Source: Octopus sinensis (Eukaryota). From it: 64,000 nt of DNA. Of this stretch, positions 10,660-24,677 are shown in pieces (positions within the stretch are counted from its first letter, which is position 1; each line of letters starts with the position of its first letter). The translations under genes were made by a program, and so were the position numbers. Under the pieces are notes generated by a model that saw nothing but the letters and a program-made list of their open reading frames with translations, ran no database searches and had not been told where the DNA came from. The DNA lies in NCBI RefSeq assembly GCF_006345805.1, contig NC_043005.1, positions 49,724,001 through 49,788,000 on the forward strand, written 5' to 3'.

Positions 10660-13365
10660 CTTCAGAGTACAGAGAACATATATTTTCATTCAATAGGGAC
10701 ATCCTCGTCAAGAAATTTGATGTGAGGGAGGAAGAACTACAGACATCGGACATAGAAGGTAGCTGGAAATTCCTACGGGACAGCTTGCTGAGTGCCACAG
10801 GCCAAGTCTGTGGATGGTGCAAAGTCCCTTCCAGACCTAGAGTTATGTGGTGGTGGAATAGTACGGTAGACAAAGCCATTTGAGCAAAGAAACAGGCCTG
10901 GAAAGCCTAGGAGGGTGGGAGTAGCAGGGAACTGTACCAGGTAGCCAAAAGGGAGACTGGGCAGCAGGTATACATAGCCAACGGTGAAGCGGAAAAGAAG
11001 TTTGCTAATGTCCAGAGACGTGAGGACCAAAGAACTGAGGTATTTCGAATTGCAAGACAGTGTGTGAGAGAAAATTGTGATGCCACAGGAGAGAAATGAG
11101 TCCACATGGATGATGGTGACCTTGCTTTTAATGATTCTGAAAAGAAAGAGACTTGGAGAAGCCATTATGAAAGACTGCTGAATGTGGAGAATGAATAGGA
11201 GGAGGAGAGCCTGCCAAATGTTGACCCAGTGGAGGGACCAGCTATCCAAATAGACAGCTCCCTAGGAGATAAAGCAATTAAGGGTATGAAGCCAGGGAAA
11301 GACCCCAGCCCATCAGGAATCACTACTGAGATGCTTAAAACATCTGGTGGTGTGGGCTATGGCCTAGTCACCTATGGCATTGTAAACCAGGTAATTCATG
11401 ATGGAGTCATACCCAATAACTGGCATAGCAGCACCATAGCCAACCGCTACAAGGGTAGAGGTGATGCTCTAGATAGAAATAACTACAGGGGTATCAAACT
11501 GCTGGATCAGGTGATGAAGGTCACAGAGAGGGTCATAGCCCATCTCATTAGGGAGAGGGTCTGCTTAGATGAGATGCAGTTCGGTTTGGTGCTGGGTAGA
11601 AACACCACTGATACCATATTCCTGGTTTGACAGGAGAAATCCTTAGACAGGGTCCCCTGACCCCTTATCTGGTGGGCAATGCGGAAACTCGGGATTGACA
11701 AATGGTTAATAAGGGCTGTACAGGCCCTATACAGAGAGGCTGTTAGTAAGGTTAGGATTGGCAATGAGTATAGTGAAGAATTCCGGGTAGAAGTAGGGGT
11801 CCACCAAGGTTCAGCCCTCAGTCTCCTTTTATTCAACATAGTCTTCCAGGCAATAACCTCCAGGAATTCAAGTTGGGTTGCCCCTGGGAGCTCCTCTATG
11901 CTGATGACCTGGCCCTCATAGCAGAATCACTACTGGAACTAGAAAGAAATTTCAGGTGTGGAAGCTAGGTTTAGAATCAAAAAGCCTCAGAGTCAATGTA
12001 GCAAAGACCAAAGTTTTAGTAAGTAGAAAGGTGAACTCATCACACACCCCATCAGGTAGGTGGCCCTGCTCGATCTGTAGAAAAGGTGTAGGCAGAAACT
12101 TCATAAGATGTACCCAGTGTAAGCCATGGATGCATAAGAGGTGCAGCAACATCAAAGGAAAATTAACCGAAAAGATAGCTTTCGTTAGCGGCAGAGGTAC
12201 AGGAGCAATAGACACCATGGATGCTCAGAAAACAGATTCCATCACACTCCAGGGGTAGAAACTAGAAGTAGTTGATAGCTTCCACTACCTAGGTGACCAA
12301 GTTAGTAGTCGGAGTGGATGCTCAGAGAGTGTTACCACTACAATAAGAATAGCCTGGGCAAAGTTTAGAAAGCTTCTACCCCTACGGGTGACAAAGGGTC
12401 TCCCGCTCAGAGTGAAAGGTAGATTGTATGATGCATGTGTGCGAACTGCCATGCTTCATGGTAGTGAAACATGGGCCGTGGCTGTGGAGGACATGCGTAG
12501 GCTCCAAAGAAATGAAGCTAGCATGATCCGCTGGATGTGTAATGTCAGTGTGCACACTCTACAGAGTGTAAGTGCCCTGAGAGAAATGTTGGACATAAGA
12601 AGCATCAGATGTCGTATGCAAGAGAGATGTCTGCGCTGGTATGGTCATGTACTGTGGATGGATGAGGAGAGATGTGTGAAGAAGTGCTACTCCCAAACAG
12701 TTGAATGAATCCAATGTAGAGGTAGACCCAGGAAGACATGGGATTAGGTGGTCAAGCATGACCTTTGAACGTTGGGCCTCACAGATGCCATGACGAAAGA
12801 CCAAGACCTCTGGAGATATGCTGTGAATGCGAAGATCTGACAAATAAAGTGAGTTCATGGCTGTATCCTACACCAGCTTCACATAACCAGCCTTAGTCCA
12901 TTCAAAGTACCTTGGATCACAAGACGGCCTGCTGTGCTTACCTTGGATCATAGGACAACCTGCTGTGCTTGAGGGACCTATTGAGTCAAGTACATCAACA
13001 TCAAAATAAAAATCAAATGGAAATTGTAGTTGTGATACCTGTTCTGGTGGCATGTAAAAAACACCATCCAAATGTGGCCAATGCCAGTGCCACCTTGACT
13101 GGCTTCTGAGCTGGTGGCACAAATAAAGCACCAACTGATCGTGGCCATTGCCAGCTTACTCTGGACCCTGTGCCGGTGGCATGTAAAAAGCACCCACTAC
13201 ACTCACGGAGTGGTTGGCGTTAGGAAGAGCATTCAGCTGTAGAAACACTGCCAGATCAGACTGGAGCCTGGTACAACCTCCTGGCTTCCCAGACCCCAGT
13301 CAAACTGTCCAACCCATGCTAGCATGGAAAACGAACGTTAAACAATGATAATGATGATGATGATA
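10660..13365 (+). mobile_element. 5'-truncated, frameshifted RTE-clade LINE (RT region plus 3' UTR, (GAT)n tail)
   Basis: ORF pieces NNYRGIKLLDQVMKV, EVGVHQGSALS, GRLYDACVRTAMLHGSETW, RLRWYGHV. 5' boundary approximate. Confidence 0.92.
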
Positions 13366-15698
13366 TATTTACTAGACATTTCTGAATGAAAATATACAGA
13401 ATAATATGCTTAGGGGGAGCTTGGCCATTGGACTACAGTTTTTATAGCGTTAATGTATGTGAGTTCCCCACAGAAAGTTGTCATAGTAACTAAGAAGTAT
13501 TTATGATGAGTGTTGTATAGTGCAGGACTCATTATCATTGTCATTTAACATCTGTTATTCATACTGGCATGAGTTGGATGGCTTGAAAGGAGCTGGAAAG
13601 GCCAGGGGCCTCACCATGTTCCAAAGCTTGTTTTGGCTTGGTTTCTACAGCTGCTTACTCTTCCTAATGCTGACCACTTTACAGAGTGTACTGTGTGCTT
13701 TTTATATGGCTCCAGCAATTTTTATGTGGCTCCAGTGCTTTTGATATCTGTTTCAATTTTGCGAGGTGCTGACTGATGTAAGGAATGATGCTGTTAGGTT
13801 ACCAGTGGGATAGGTTTCAAAATGAATTCATGAAAATAAACACCAAGACTGGTGAGGTTTTATATTGCTATCCCATCTTGTAATGATTATTATACTAATA
13901 TCTGATCTCATTATTTCACCTGTTCAAGGTTGGTGGATCAACAGAATTGCTAGAGCATCTGATCAAATGCTTTGAGGTATTTAGTTACAGCTTCATATTT
14001 TCTAAGTTCAAATTCTGCTGAGATCAACTTTGTCTTTCATTCATCTGAGGGTCAGTAAAATAAAGTACAACAGCATTTGTTTTGGTGTGATGGTTTGTGT
14101 GCCTTGATGACCCGAGAGCTATGCCAGCAGAGTACAAGCTCCTAATAAGGCTTCCCATGTAGGAGAGATCAAAGAATAGAGCCACCAAACTATCTATGGA
14201 TTATCTCTTCCTAGAGGTAAAGGTAGGTTTGTGTAGGGCCAACATCCCTATCTAGAAAAATAGCTAAGTTACAAAAGCATAAACAATGACAATTCATGAC
14301 CAACAATACCTGAGAGATAAAAAGACAACCCAGCATTAGGAACAGTGGAAAAAAGTCATTGATGACTTATGCTTTATAGGAGAAAAAGGACTTAAGTCAG
14401 TCATCATCATCATCATTTAATGTCTGACTTCCATGCTGGCATGGGTTGAACGGTTTGACAGGAGCTGGTAAGCTGGAGAGCTGCACCCAGTTCTGGTGTC
14501 CACTTTGGCATGGTTTATCTAGCCATGTCTTTCCTAATGCCAACCACTTAAAAGAGTATACTGAATGCCTTTTATGTAGCCATTAGCGCTGGTGCTTTTT
14601 ACATGACACTACTACCAGTGAGGTTGCCAAGTAACTAACAAGACAAAAACCTCTTGGCTGGGAGGAGTGGTACTGAGGTGGGTGACTTTGTACCAGTCAA
14701 GAAGTCAGAGTATAATAGAGGGACTGAGATAGCTATCTTACTATAGAGGAGATACTTGGCTACCCTAGTAGGAGAGGAAGGATAGTTAGAGAGATAGAGT
14801 GAGAATGAGAAAAGTGTGCCTAAATTAGAAGATGCTATATTGATGCTTTATAGACAGAAACATAGCTGTGAGGTTAAGAAGTTCTCTTTGCTACACACTT
14901 TAGGATTCAATCCTTTTGCACCTGAATAAACATCTTCAACCACAGCCCTGGGTTGACCACAGCCTTGTGTTTGAAACTGAGTAGACAGAAACTGTGTGGA
15001 AATTTGGCCTGTTGTTGAGTGTTGGACTTTATATATTGCACAGTTTAACACTATCAGCTGGTTCTTGGATGCCTTTAGGGAAATTTGCTTTGTACAAAGC
15101 CACTCCCCTAAGTACCACTCCTCCCATCCAAGAGGTCTTTGTCTTGTTAGTTACTTGGCAACCCTACTGGTATTAGTGTCAAGTAAAAAGCACTAGTGCT
15201 AGAGGCCACATAAAAAGCACTCAGTACACTTTGTAAAGTAGTTGCCTTTAGGAAAGACATATGGCTAGAGAAAGCATTTGAGCCAGTTCTCTGCTCTGGG
15301 GATAATTATCTTCCTTCCCTCCACCAGTTTCCAAGGTCCTGAAAGTATTTATGGGCCCAACTCTTTCTCCTCTATTTGTCATTAAAAAAATATAATTTCC
15401 ACAAAAAAACCCAGTACACTCTGTAAAGTGGTCAGCATTAGGAAGAGCATCCAACAGTAGAAACCATGCCAAAACAGACAATCAGAGCCTGGCCGGCTCA
15501 TGTCAAACCGTCCAACCTGTGCCAATATGGAAAATGGACATATGATGATGATGAGACTATCTGTTACACCATTAGACTATATTTAAAACTATAAATATTA
15601 TGTTAATCATGTAATATCTAGTGTTAATAATCCTTGACTGCAGATGCTAGAGAATTTAAGCTAAAGCAAAGCAAAGAAAAAAAAAAAAAGGAATGTAC

Positions 15699-15858
15699 CT
15701 TGCCATCTTCAACCTTTGTAGAGCATACTGCAGAAAGAACATCACAGCCAGTTTCAACAGGTACATGGTTCAGTGAACGACATACATTAATATAATACTT
15801 CTGTACAGGATGTGTGTGAATTTGAGTAATAACCCAGTTATCTGGCATCTTTGTGAGA
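15699..15858 (-). CDS. IGF2R: CI-MPR exon, domain 6 (LTKMPDNW...YYINVCRSLN...VEDGK)
   Basis: tttcag acceptor, GTACAT donor, 160 nt, phase 2 to 0. Confidence 0.93.
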
Positions 15859-16847
15859 CTGAAAGTATGACATAAAATATCATTACACAACATCTACATA
15901 TATAATTATTTTTATTTATATATTCAGTTATCAAGTGGTATGGAATGCAGTCACTACTTTTTACTTAATGATTCATTCTACTTCAGTTTACTTCTGGACA
16001 CAATTTTAACTATATATTTAGAACAAGAATGGTTACAGGAAAAGCAAGGATCAAATTGTGTTAAGTGTTGGTCAACAGAGAGGGACATCATTGAATCCAG
16101 AGGAGATTGCTATTGGCATGGCAAATTTAGCAAATGTTTTGCTTTGTTACTGAAATCTTCATCTGTGGCATTGCCCATATTCATCATTATCAACAATTTT
16201 TATGTCTGATTTTCTATGCTTGCATGAGTTAGGTTGTTATGGACTGAGGTGGTTTTATATAAAGTTACTACCCTCTAAGATGACTGGGGACTGACTAAGT
16301 CTTAGTTTCAAGTGTGATGTATTTTCTATAGTTGAATGACTATTCTCAAGTGAATTGGGTGCATTTTATTATGGCACCTGTTCTAGGGAGGTTGTCTTGT
16401 CCTCAGCAAGATTAAAAAAGACCTCTCTTACCTACTTTATCTCTGTTAATTTGCCAACTATATTACAGAGTATATTGGGCTTGTTTTATAATAACACCAG
16501 TTCAAGAGAGGTTGTTTTGCTACCTTAAAAGAAGAGTGTTCTTTATTCTACATTGTATCACTAGCACCAGAGGATAAATCAAATTTTGTTTTATTTTTTC
16601 AATTTTCTTTAGATCTATTTTCTCATGTTTACTAGGTACTCTATTACTCTTATTTGTTTCAGCTATTTGCCTGTGGTCATGCTGCAGCACCACCATTTAG
16701 TCAAAGAAATCAACCCCAGGACTTATTCTTTGTAAGCTTGGTATTTATTCTATTGGTCTCTTTTGCCAAACCTCTAGGTTACGGGGACATAAACACATCA
16801 TCTGTTGTTAAGCAACAGTGGGGGAGACAAACAGTCACAAAGACATA

Positions 16848-16883
<36 letters not shown>

Positions 16884-17352
16884 AAGCTTCTTTCAGTTTC
16901 CGTCTACCAAATCCACTCACAAGGCTTTGGTTAGCCCGAGGCTATATTAGAAGACACTTGCCCAAGGTGCTACTCAGTGAGACTGAACCCAGAACCAGAA
17001 CATAGAATCATGTGGTTGGGAAGCAAGCTTCTTACACACACAACCACTCCCATGCCTGATAATTTATTTTTGCAGAGTGATTGTTTTTATAATTAAAAAT
17101 AGGTGAGTGCAGGACCCACTTAGTTTCGTTTCCATTCCCACTATCTCTCTTTCTTGTTACTCAATACTCTACAGCTCATCTCGAAGCCTATATCTAGGTG
17201 ACTGCACACAACTACCACCATCATCAACACAAGAACAAATTTCAACATTGCCATTGCAAGAAACAGTCACTGAAATGCAACCATCACCAGCACTAATGCT
17301 CAACCACTCTCATAATCTCAGTCAACACGAACATCAAATTTGTTTCACTTAC

Positions 17353-17640
17353 CTTGAGAGGTCATACTGTTCATGGGTTTGTTCATCAGTGAAAGTGCAT
17401 TCAACTGGATGTGTAACACAGGCAAATTTAGTGTACCACAAAAACCAGTAGGTAGAATTTGACTCTTTTATAAACTCGGGTCTTCCAAGACTGGCTTTTG
17501 TGTTACACACAAAAGTGATCACACTTCTTCGAGCAACAGGAGGGTCAGAGTTATACTTATCACCATTTTCATAGATCAACTTCAAAATTCCATCCTCATA
17601 TGTTAGAATACTGTTGGCATGGCCAGCATTTTTGGATACT
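17353..17640 (-). CDS. IGF2R: CI-MPR exon, domains 5/6 (VSKNAGHAN...RRSVITFVC...ESNSTYWFLWYTKFAC...QYDLS)
   Basis: tgccag acceptor, GTAAGT donor, 288 nt, phase 2 to 2. Confidence 0.95.
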
Positions 17641-17899
17641 CTGGCAGAGAAAAAGAAGCAAAAAAAAAAAACAAGAAATTAAGTACAAAATTAGAAAATG
17701 TACATTTTTTTCTTAGTGTAGCTGTGTGATAAGAAGTTTGCTTTCCAAACATGTTGTTCCCAGTTCAGGCCTAACGTGTAGCACCATGAACAAATGTCTT
17801 CTACTAGACTTGGGCCAACTGAAACCCTGAGTGGATTTGGAAGATAAAAAGTGAAAGAAGCAGGTGTATGTGGTGTGTGCATGTGTGCACGCACGTGCG

Positions 17900-17979
<80 letters not shown>

Positions 17980-18809
17980 TATATATAGATATATACATAA
18001 ATGGTACACGGATGGGATGCCAAATGCGCTTTTGACAAAGAACAAGAAGCCGAATAGACAAGATGGACAAGATACGAAAATTAAAATTTAATCTTGTTAA
18101 ATCTTAAGTGCTAGATTGGTAAATTAGTCATTAAACTATGTAAGTAGGAATTATTTTTTTTATTGTTGTGTGTTCAGCTTTATGTCCATTCGGCATTGTG
18201 TCCTTTAGCAAAAGTGCATTCAGCATCTTGTTCATGCATGACATAAACACACACATGTGTGTGTGTACCACAACTGCTTGGTAACCTGTGAGGGTTTGTT
18301 TACATCCCTGTAACTTAGTGGTTTGGTAAAACATAAATATTCCATTCCAAATACTGATATCTCCTCACATCAGAAGAATTGTCCACGAGAATTGAGTTAT
18401 ACAAACATGGTACAATGTATATTAATAAATGTATTCAATCACACTTGAATGCTAAATTAACGGAGCTAAGCAGCGCAAGCTAATGAAATGACTGCTTATT
18501 ATTATATAGTACACCTGCTGTCAGGATACTGGATTGGTGTTCTAAATTTGGTAACATAAGGAAGCAATATGCATACAATGGTGAACGTTTCACATGTAAC
18601 ATATCATTACCATCATCATCACTAACACCGCCATTGTAATCAGGACCACTGCAATCATCATAAGCATCGCTATAGTCATCATGACCACTATTGTTATCAT
18701 CTCTAACATTTTCATCAGCACATGTTTTATCATCACCACACCATTATCTTGAAACTCAAGAACAAGGAGCGGGGAAGTAAAATGAAAAACAAATAATTAG
18801 TAAACTTAC

Positions 18810-18969
18810 TTCGTCTCATCCTCGGTCTGACATACTCCAGCAGGTGTATTGAGTTTGCAAGTACCAGTCTTAACATTATCGCAAACATTGATGAAATAGG
18901 TGTATTTGTCCATATGAAGTTTATAAAAACCGTTCAATTTTCTCAAAGGAGTAAGATTGAAGCTGATAC
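18810..18969 (-). CDS. IGF2R: CI-MPR exon, domain 5 (ISFNLTPLRKLNGFY...INVCD...GVCQTEDET)
   Basis: Translated by hand. ttacag acceptor, GTAAGT donor, 160 nt, phase 1 to 2. Confidence 0.94.
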
Positions 18970-19665
18970 CTGTAATAAAAATAGATGGAAATCGGATTAA
19001 AGGAATTCAAGATGATTTTTTTTTTTCTCTCTTTACTTTGAAAATTTGAATTGATGAAAGAGACATTTTTCATGAAACATTAAACTACAGGAATATGGAA
19101 ATCAAATTAAATTGAAAAAAAAAAAAAAAAATAGCAGCTAAAATTAACATTACAACTCAGAGAAGTTAATTTTTTTTTAAAAATAGTATTTGTATCAATA
19201 TTGAATTAAAGTTTTTGTTTCAATTCAATTCGATTCGAACTCAGTTTTCTGCTGAGACTCTTATTCTACATGTTCTTCCTTTCAAGAGTAACAAAAAAGA
19301 AACCCGGGCTTTGCTTTAACTGAAATTACAAATGGTTTGATTAAAAAAAATTCTTTTTCATTTAACCTTTACCTTTATCACAGGAGCAATTATTTTCACA
19401 TTACTAGAAACTGATATTATGCTAACAGTGCAAACACAGCAAAAATTCTCTCTCCCTTTCAAAACCCATGCTTCAGTATATCAAAAACAAAATATAAACC
19501 ATAAGGTGAATTTCAGAGTCCACAACACATATTACAGCAGAGATTTTGGTGGTTGAATTGAGCAACTGAAACGATTATGTAGTGGCTCCTTTATTTTATC
19601 TATTAACAGGTTTTGTGAAGCATTACTTTCAATGTCACAAAAATATATTGAACTAACTCTCTTAC

Positions 19666-19803
19666 CAGCAATTTTATTTTCCAGTTGACAGTTAGCCCCC
19701 TTCTTCTTGGTCACAACACATGCCGCTGCTGTGTGCCACTCTAGATAGTATGCGCAATCGTCAGATGATTTAGTAACCACAACAGGAGCATTGTCGGACA
19801 TGC
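19666..19803 (-). CDS. IGF2R: CI-MPR exon, domains 4/5 (MSDNAPVV...WHTAAAC...ENKIA)
   Basis: atacag acceptor, GTAAGA donor, 138 nt, phase 1 to 1. Confidence 0.94.
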
Positions 19804-20902
19804 CTGTATAATATAAAGAAATTAGTTAAAACAAGAGTTCTGATACACAAACATGGACATGCAAGCACATGAATATGCAGAATACATACATACAGATGCA
19901 CACACATACATACATATATACATATGCATACACACACACATATATATATACACACACATACATACATACGTAGATGCATGTATAGGCACACATACACACA
20001 CACACACTGACTCACACATGTGCACAAACAAACGAAAAGGAACGCAGTGTAAATAACAGACAGAGTCAAAACTATTGAAAAGGTCGCAAGATGCAACAAA
20101 AATTTTAGGAAAATAAAAATGAGAAATAAGTGGAAATTTTACCGATGAGTGTGTTAAATTATAAAGCACAAAAAGAAAATGACTCTCCCCAGACACAACA
20201 GTTCTGATAATGTTTCTTTGTAAACTTCTGCTTATCTGTTTCAATAAATCTAAAATATAATCAATGTTCTGGAGCAGGTTAGTCAAATATTTGTAATTTT
20301 ACGCATTGGTATATTATGTTTGTATTGCAAGTTTCTTGATCACTCTGTTAGTGCTGGTGCCATGTAAAAAAAACACTGGCACTGATGACACAGGAAAAGC
20401 ACCGGAGATGGTACCATGTAAAAAGCATTAGTGCTGGTGCCACATAAAAAGCACCCTGTACACTCTGTAAAGTGGTTGGCATTAGGAAGGGCATCAAGCT
20501 GTAGAAATTGTGCCAAAACAGACAATAGAACCTGGTCTGGCTCCTGGCCTTGCCAGCTTCTTTCTAACCATCCCATTCATGCCATCATTGAAAATGAATG
20601 ATGATGATGATGAACAAATTGAAATCTCTTAGCAGTAATCAGCTCATGAGATTTTGAACAAGATTTAATTTAAATATAAATACTTTAGTATAAGGGAAAT
20701 CTTAGGCAAAATAATATAAGAAAAAGTGAGTTAAACACAAAGAATATACAGCCAAAGAAAGCTTTGTTTCATTGGACAAAATACATTTAATAGTGAATGT
20801 TCATCAAAATTTTCATAAACCTTTTTCATGTTGAATAGTTGGGGCTCACAAACCACACCAATTCTTTCCAAATATTTTCTATAAATTATGCTTATTCAGT
20901 TT

Positions 20903-21133
20903 TTAACCCTTTATAGCATTTAAACCAGGCATATCAGGTCAAAATATTCTACTTGTTTTATATTCAAATTGGCTAGATCTGGCATTTTACACCTATCCAA
21001 CTATGTTATTCTAAAAATAAACAATCACATCTTCAAAATCATGAAGCCACTACATTACTGCATGATTAATTCAAAACAATGTGAATAAATAAGCATTACA
21101 TTTGACATAGTAATCTGCATGCTAAAGGGTTAA
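20903..21133. mobile_element. TTAA-flanked MITE (piggyBac-like ends). Copies at about 44520-44735, 44786-45005, 48128-48345 and 63415-63838.
   Basis: ttaacccttt..agcat ... atgctaaagggttaa. Confidence 0.75.
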
Positions 21134-21470
21134 GAAAATTTTCTAGTTATGTAAACAAACCTAATATTCACAAACCTCTAGTTATTTGGATAACTTGAGA
21201 AATAATGAAACGATCTGATATACAGTGGAAATAATAAATATGTCCAACAATTCTCTTCCTCTCTTCCAGCAATCAAGTTTCTATTATAACTTGACCTAAT
21301 TGTACCCAACTCATTTCTCTAAAACTTCCACAAAGCTTCTATCTTCAATGCTCACATAACGAATATACCATCAGAACTTTTGTTATTTCATAGCTTTAGA
21401 GAAGAAATTTCTAGGTATTGAAGTAAAACCTAGAGTTGAGAAGATTCAAAGGAAACATAGCAAAGATTTA

Positions 21471-21806
21471 GTTGTGTCTGGGAAGAGTCATTCTCTTTTA
21501 GTACCTTATTATTTAACACACTCACTGGTAAAGTTTCCACTCATTTACTTACTTATTTTTCCAAAAATTTTCATCTTGCAAACTTTTCAATAGTTGTTGA
21601 CTGTCCATTATCTGAGCTGTGTTCTTCATCATTCATGAAGAAAAAGAATGCAGCTCAGATAACGGACGGAGTCAACGATTATTGAAAAGGTAGCAAGGCG
21701 CAATGAAAATTTTAGGAAAAATAAAAAAAAAAATGAATGGAAACTTTACTGGTGAGTGCGTTAAATAATAAGGCACTAAAAGAGAATGACTCTCCCTAGG
21801 CACAAC
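21471..21806. mobile_element. Fold-back MITE, arms about 150 bp; solo arm at about 20050-20206
   Basis: gttgtgtctgggaagagtcattctct ... agagaatgactctccctaggcacaac. Confidence 0.85.
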
Positions 21807-22454
21807 AAAATATGCTTCAACACAAACTCACATAAAGAATCTTGCAAACCAAATCGAAAAACATAGCAAAGATTAAAGTCTCAGTAAATAAATAAAAAAT
21901 GAAGAGAGAGAACATAATAATCTCAGGGAAATGGCCAGGATTGATATTTAGAAAAGAAGTCAGTCGTAATTCCATTCAGTGTAGCCAGTGTAAACCATGG
22001 ACATGCAAGAGGGGTAATAGGATAACATGCAAGCTGACAATAGACAGAAGTAGTTAGCAGTGAAAAAATATGTAAAATAAATTCCAACAAATGCTTGGAA
22101 GGCTCCACAGAAGTACCTGATAGCATTTGCTAATAGATTCCCTAATTAGCAGTCAAAGCAAGTGTTCTGAAAGCATATAATAGCAAGAGCAATAGAGGGG
22201 TAGTAAAAGTTCAGAGAACAATTACTGCTGCTACTAACAAAAGGTTTCTCTCTCATAATGCGGGTGGCACGTAAAAAGCACCCACTACACTCACGGAGTG
22301 GTTGGCGTTAGGAAGGGCATCCAGCCGTAGAAACACTGCCAGATCTGACTAGGCCTGATGAAGCCTTCCGGCTTCACAGACCCCAGTTGAACTGTCCAAC
22401 CCATGCTAGCATGGAAAACGGACGCTAAACGATGATGATGATGATGATGATGAA

Positions 22455-22850
22455 TGCAGGATAGATTATATGATGTTTGTACATAAAGTGTGATGCTGCA
22501 CAATAGTGAGACACAGACATTGAATGTATAAGATTTGTGATGACTAGAAAGGAATGAAATGGACATGCTGCAGTGGATATCTAATATCAGTGAACATGAA
22601 TGAGAGAAAACAAATGAACTGAGAGAGAAATCAGATATCAAAAGTAGTATACAATAGAGAAGGCTGTGCTGGCACAAGCATGTAATGCATATAGAGGATG
22701 TCAGTTTTATAATGAAGTGATGAGTATTTGAAATGGACAGGACTTGCAGAAGAGGGAGACCCAGGAAGACATCAGACAAAGCAACAACTGATCTCAAGAC
22801 ATAGAATCTCACAAAGGAGATGATAAAGAACTGTGGCCACATACACTACT
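22455..22850 (+). mobile_element. Degraded RTE ORF C-terminus
   Basis: Remnants of GRLYDVC, ERNEMDML and GRPRK motifs. Confidence 0.6.
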
Positions 22851-23788
22851 AAACAATATCTTCCCACCAACACCAGAATGGCAAATGGTCGTTAAAATTG
22901 TAGTTGTGACTGCGCCACTCTCTTTCTCCACCATGATGCCTATTGTAATGAAGGACGCACTGGACTTGTCCATATTCATTACCTCCTACCAATACCCCTT
23001 TTAACTGCAAACCATCACACTTTCTCTCTATGTCACTCTTCATTGATATCAATCACTCTTTTGTCACCATCTCTATTGTTAGTCATCAGTAGACTACTTC
23101 TCCATCATTCATCTTAATAATTATTCTTTAATCTCAGTCTCTCCATTTTACACTCGCATTGCTCCATCATTGATCGCTCTTCATTGACCTCTTCACTACT
23201 ATTATACCCACTTTGCATCATCCTGCTGCTTCTTTACTTCTTTCTCTATCAAACTGCTTGAGTTGTCTTTCATTTCAATTTGTTGTCTTCCCTCAATATC
23301 ACCAACTCACTCCTATTAACCTATGCCTCCTATAACACATGTACTTGATCTTCCATCACACTTTCATCTAGTCCAACAGTTTAATTTTGAAATCAAAGAA
23401 AAAAAGTAGTGAAATGGAGTAATGGGTAAACATCCCCTTCAGTCATAAATGACCATGGGATTGCAACTAGGGAGTTCCTCTCCAAGGCACAAGTCTGGGC
23501 AAGGTTGTCTAGGGAAGACCAGCAGTTGCCCATGCATGCCAGCTTCCATCGCTACATCACCAATGTTATCCAAGGGAAAGGCAAAGACTAATACAGCTTG
23601 GTACTAATGACATTACAACTCATTTCTACAGCTGATTGAACTGGAACAACATGAAATAAAGTTTCTTGCTCAAGAACACAACACACAGCTCAGTCCAGGA
23701 ATCGAATTCACTACTTTGTGATTGTGAGCTTGACACTCTAACCACTGATGCACTTCACAGTGAAACAAGAATATAATAAATATCATAC

Positions 23789-23938
23789 CTGGGGAACAGA
23801 AAAATGTTATCACAGAAAAAATTTTGCCAGAACTGCATTTGTCACCATCTGTATAATTCAGCTGAAGTGTCTTGGTCACATCATTGTAAACAGGTTCATG
23901 TTGGTAGCGGCCAAGGCTTTTAGTTGTACCATCAAATT
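23789..23938 (-). CDS. IGF2R: CI-MPR exon, domain 4 (FDGTTKSLGRY...GDKC...FFCSP)
   Basis: ttttcaaag acceptor, GTATGA donor, 150 nt, phase 1 to 1. Confidence 0.92.
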
Positions 23939-24629
23939 CTTTGAAAACAGTAAATATAGCAAATAGATTACAAGGATACAAAAAATGAATAGAAAACAAG
24001 ATTCAAAAGCAAATTTAATTTGGCATGGTTTGAAATCAGAATGTTAATCTTTCTGATATACACGACATCACCTCTGATTCTTAAATACAAAACTGCTTGT
24101 ATTAAAGTAATATTGTTACATTCTGAACAGCATCTTCATTATGTAAAAGCTAGATATCTTACTAAATCCCTTCAAAATATTGGTTATATTTAAAATGAAT
24201 TGAAACACACAAGCAGTGTATTTCATTAGTTATATAAACAAAATACAAGGTATTTTATCTAACATTTTACCACTTTTACTTCTCTTTCTCTCCTCTGCGC
24301 ATACATGTTAAATGAAGGCTAGCAGAAAGCCATTACCCACATACATTGCAATGAATATTTCCTATAAGAAGTGAAACCGGTTTGTACTTTGGAATGTGTA
24401 ATCTTGAAATGATTTAATTGTGGTAATGTATTTTGGGTATATATGAAATTATGGAATGTGTAATAATATATTTTGAAATAATTTGATTGTACTAATCTAT
24501 TTTTGAATATGCATTGTTGTATTTTTAAATTAGTTGATTGTAATAATAAATATGCTTTGGAATTAACAACAATGCAAAGGAATAGCGTATTTTCTCACTA
24601 TTATTATTTTTCCATACGTATGTGTGTGT

Positions 24630-24677
<48 letters not shown>

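Noticed and set aside
22345-22380. ctgatgaagcc-ttcc-ggcttc hairpin
   Set aside because: No GAAA after the stem; ordinary RTE 3' UTR stem-loop.
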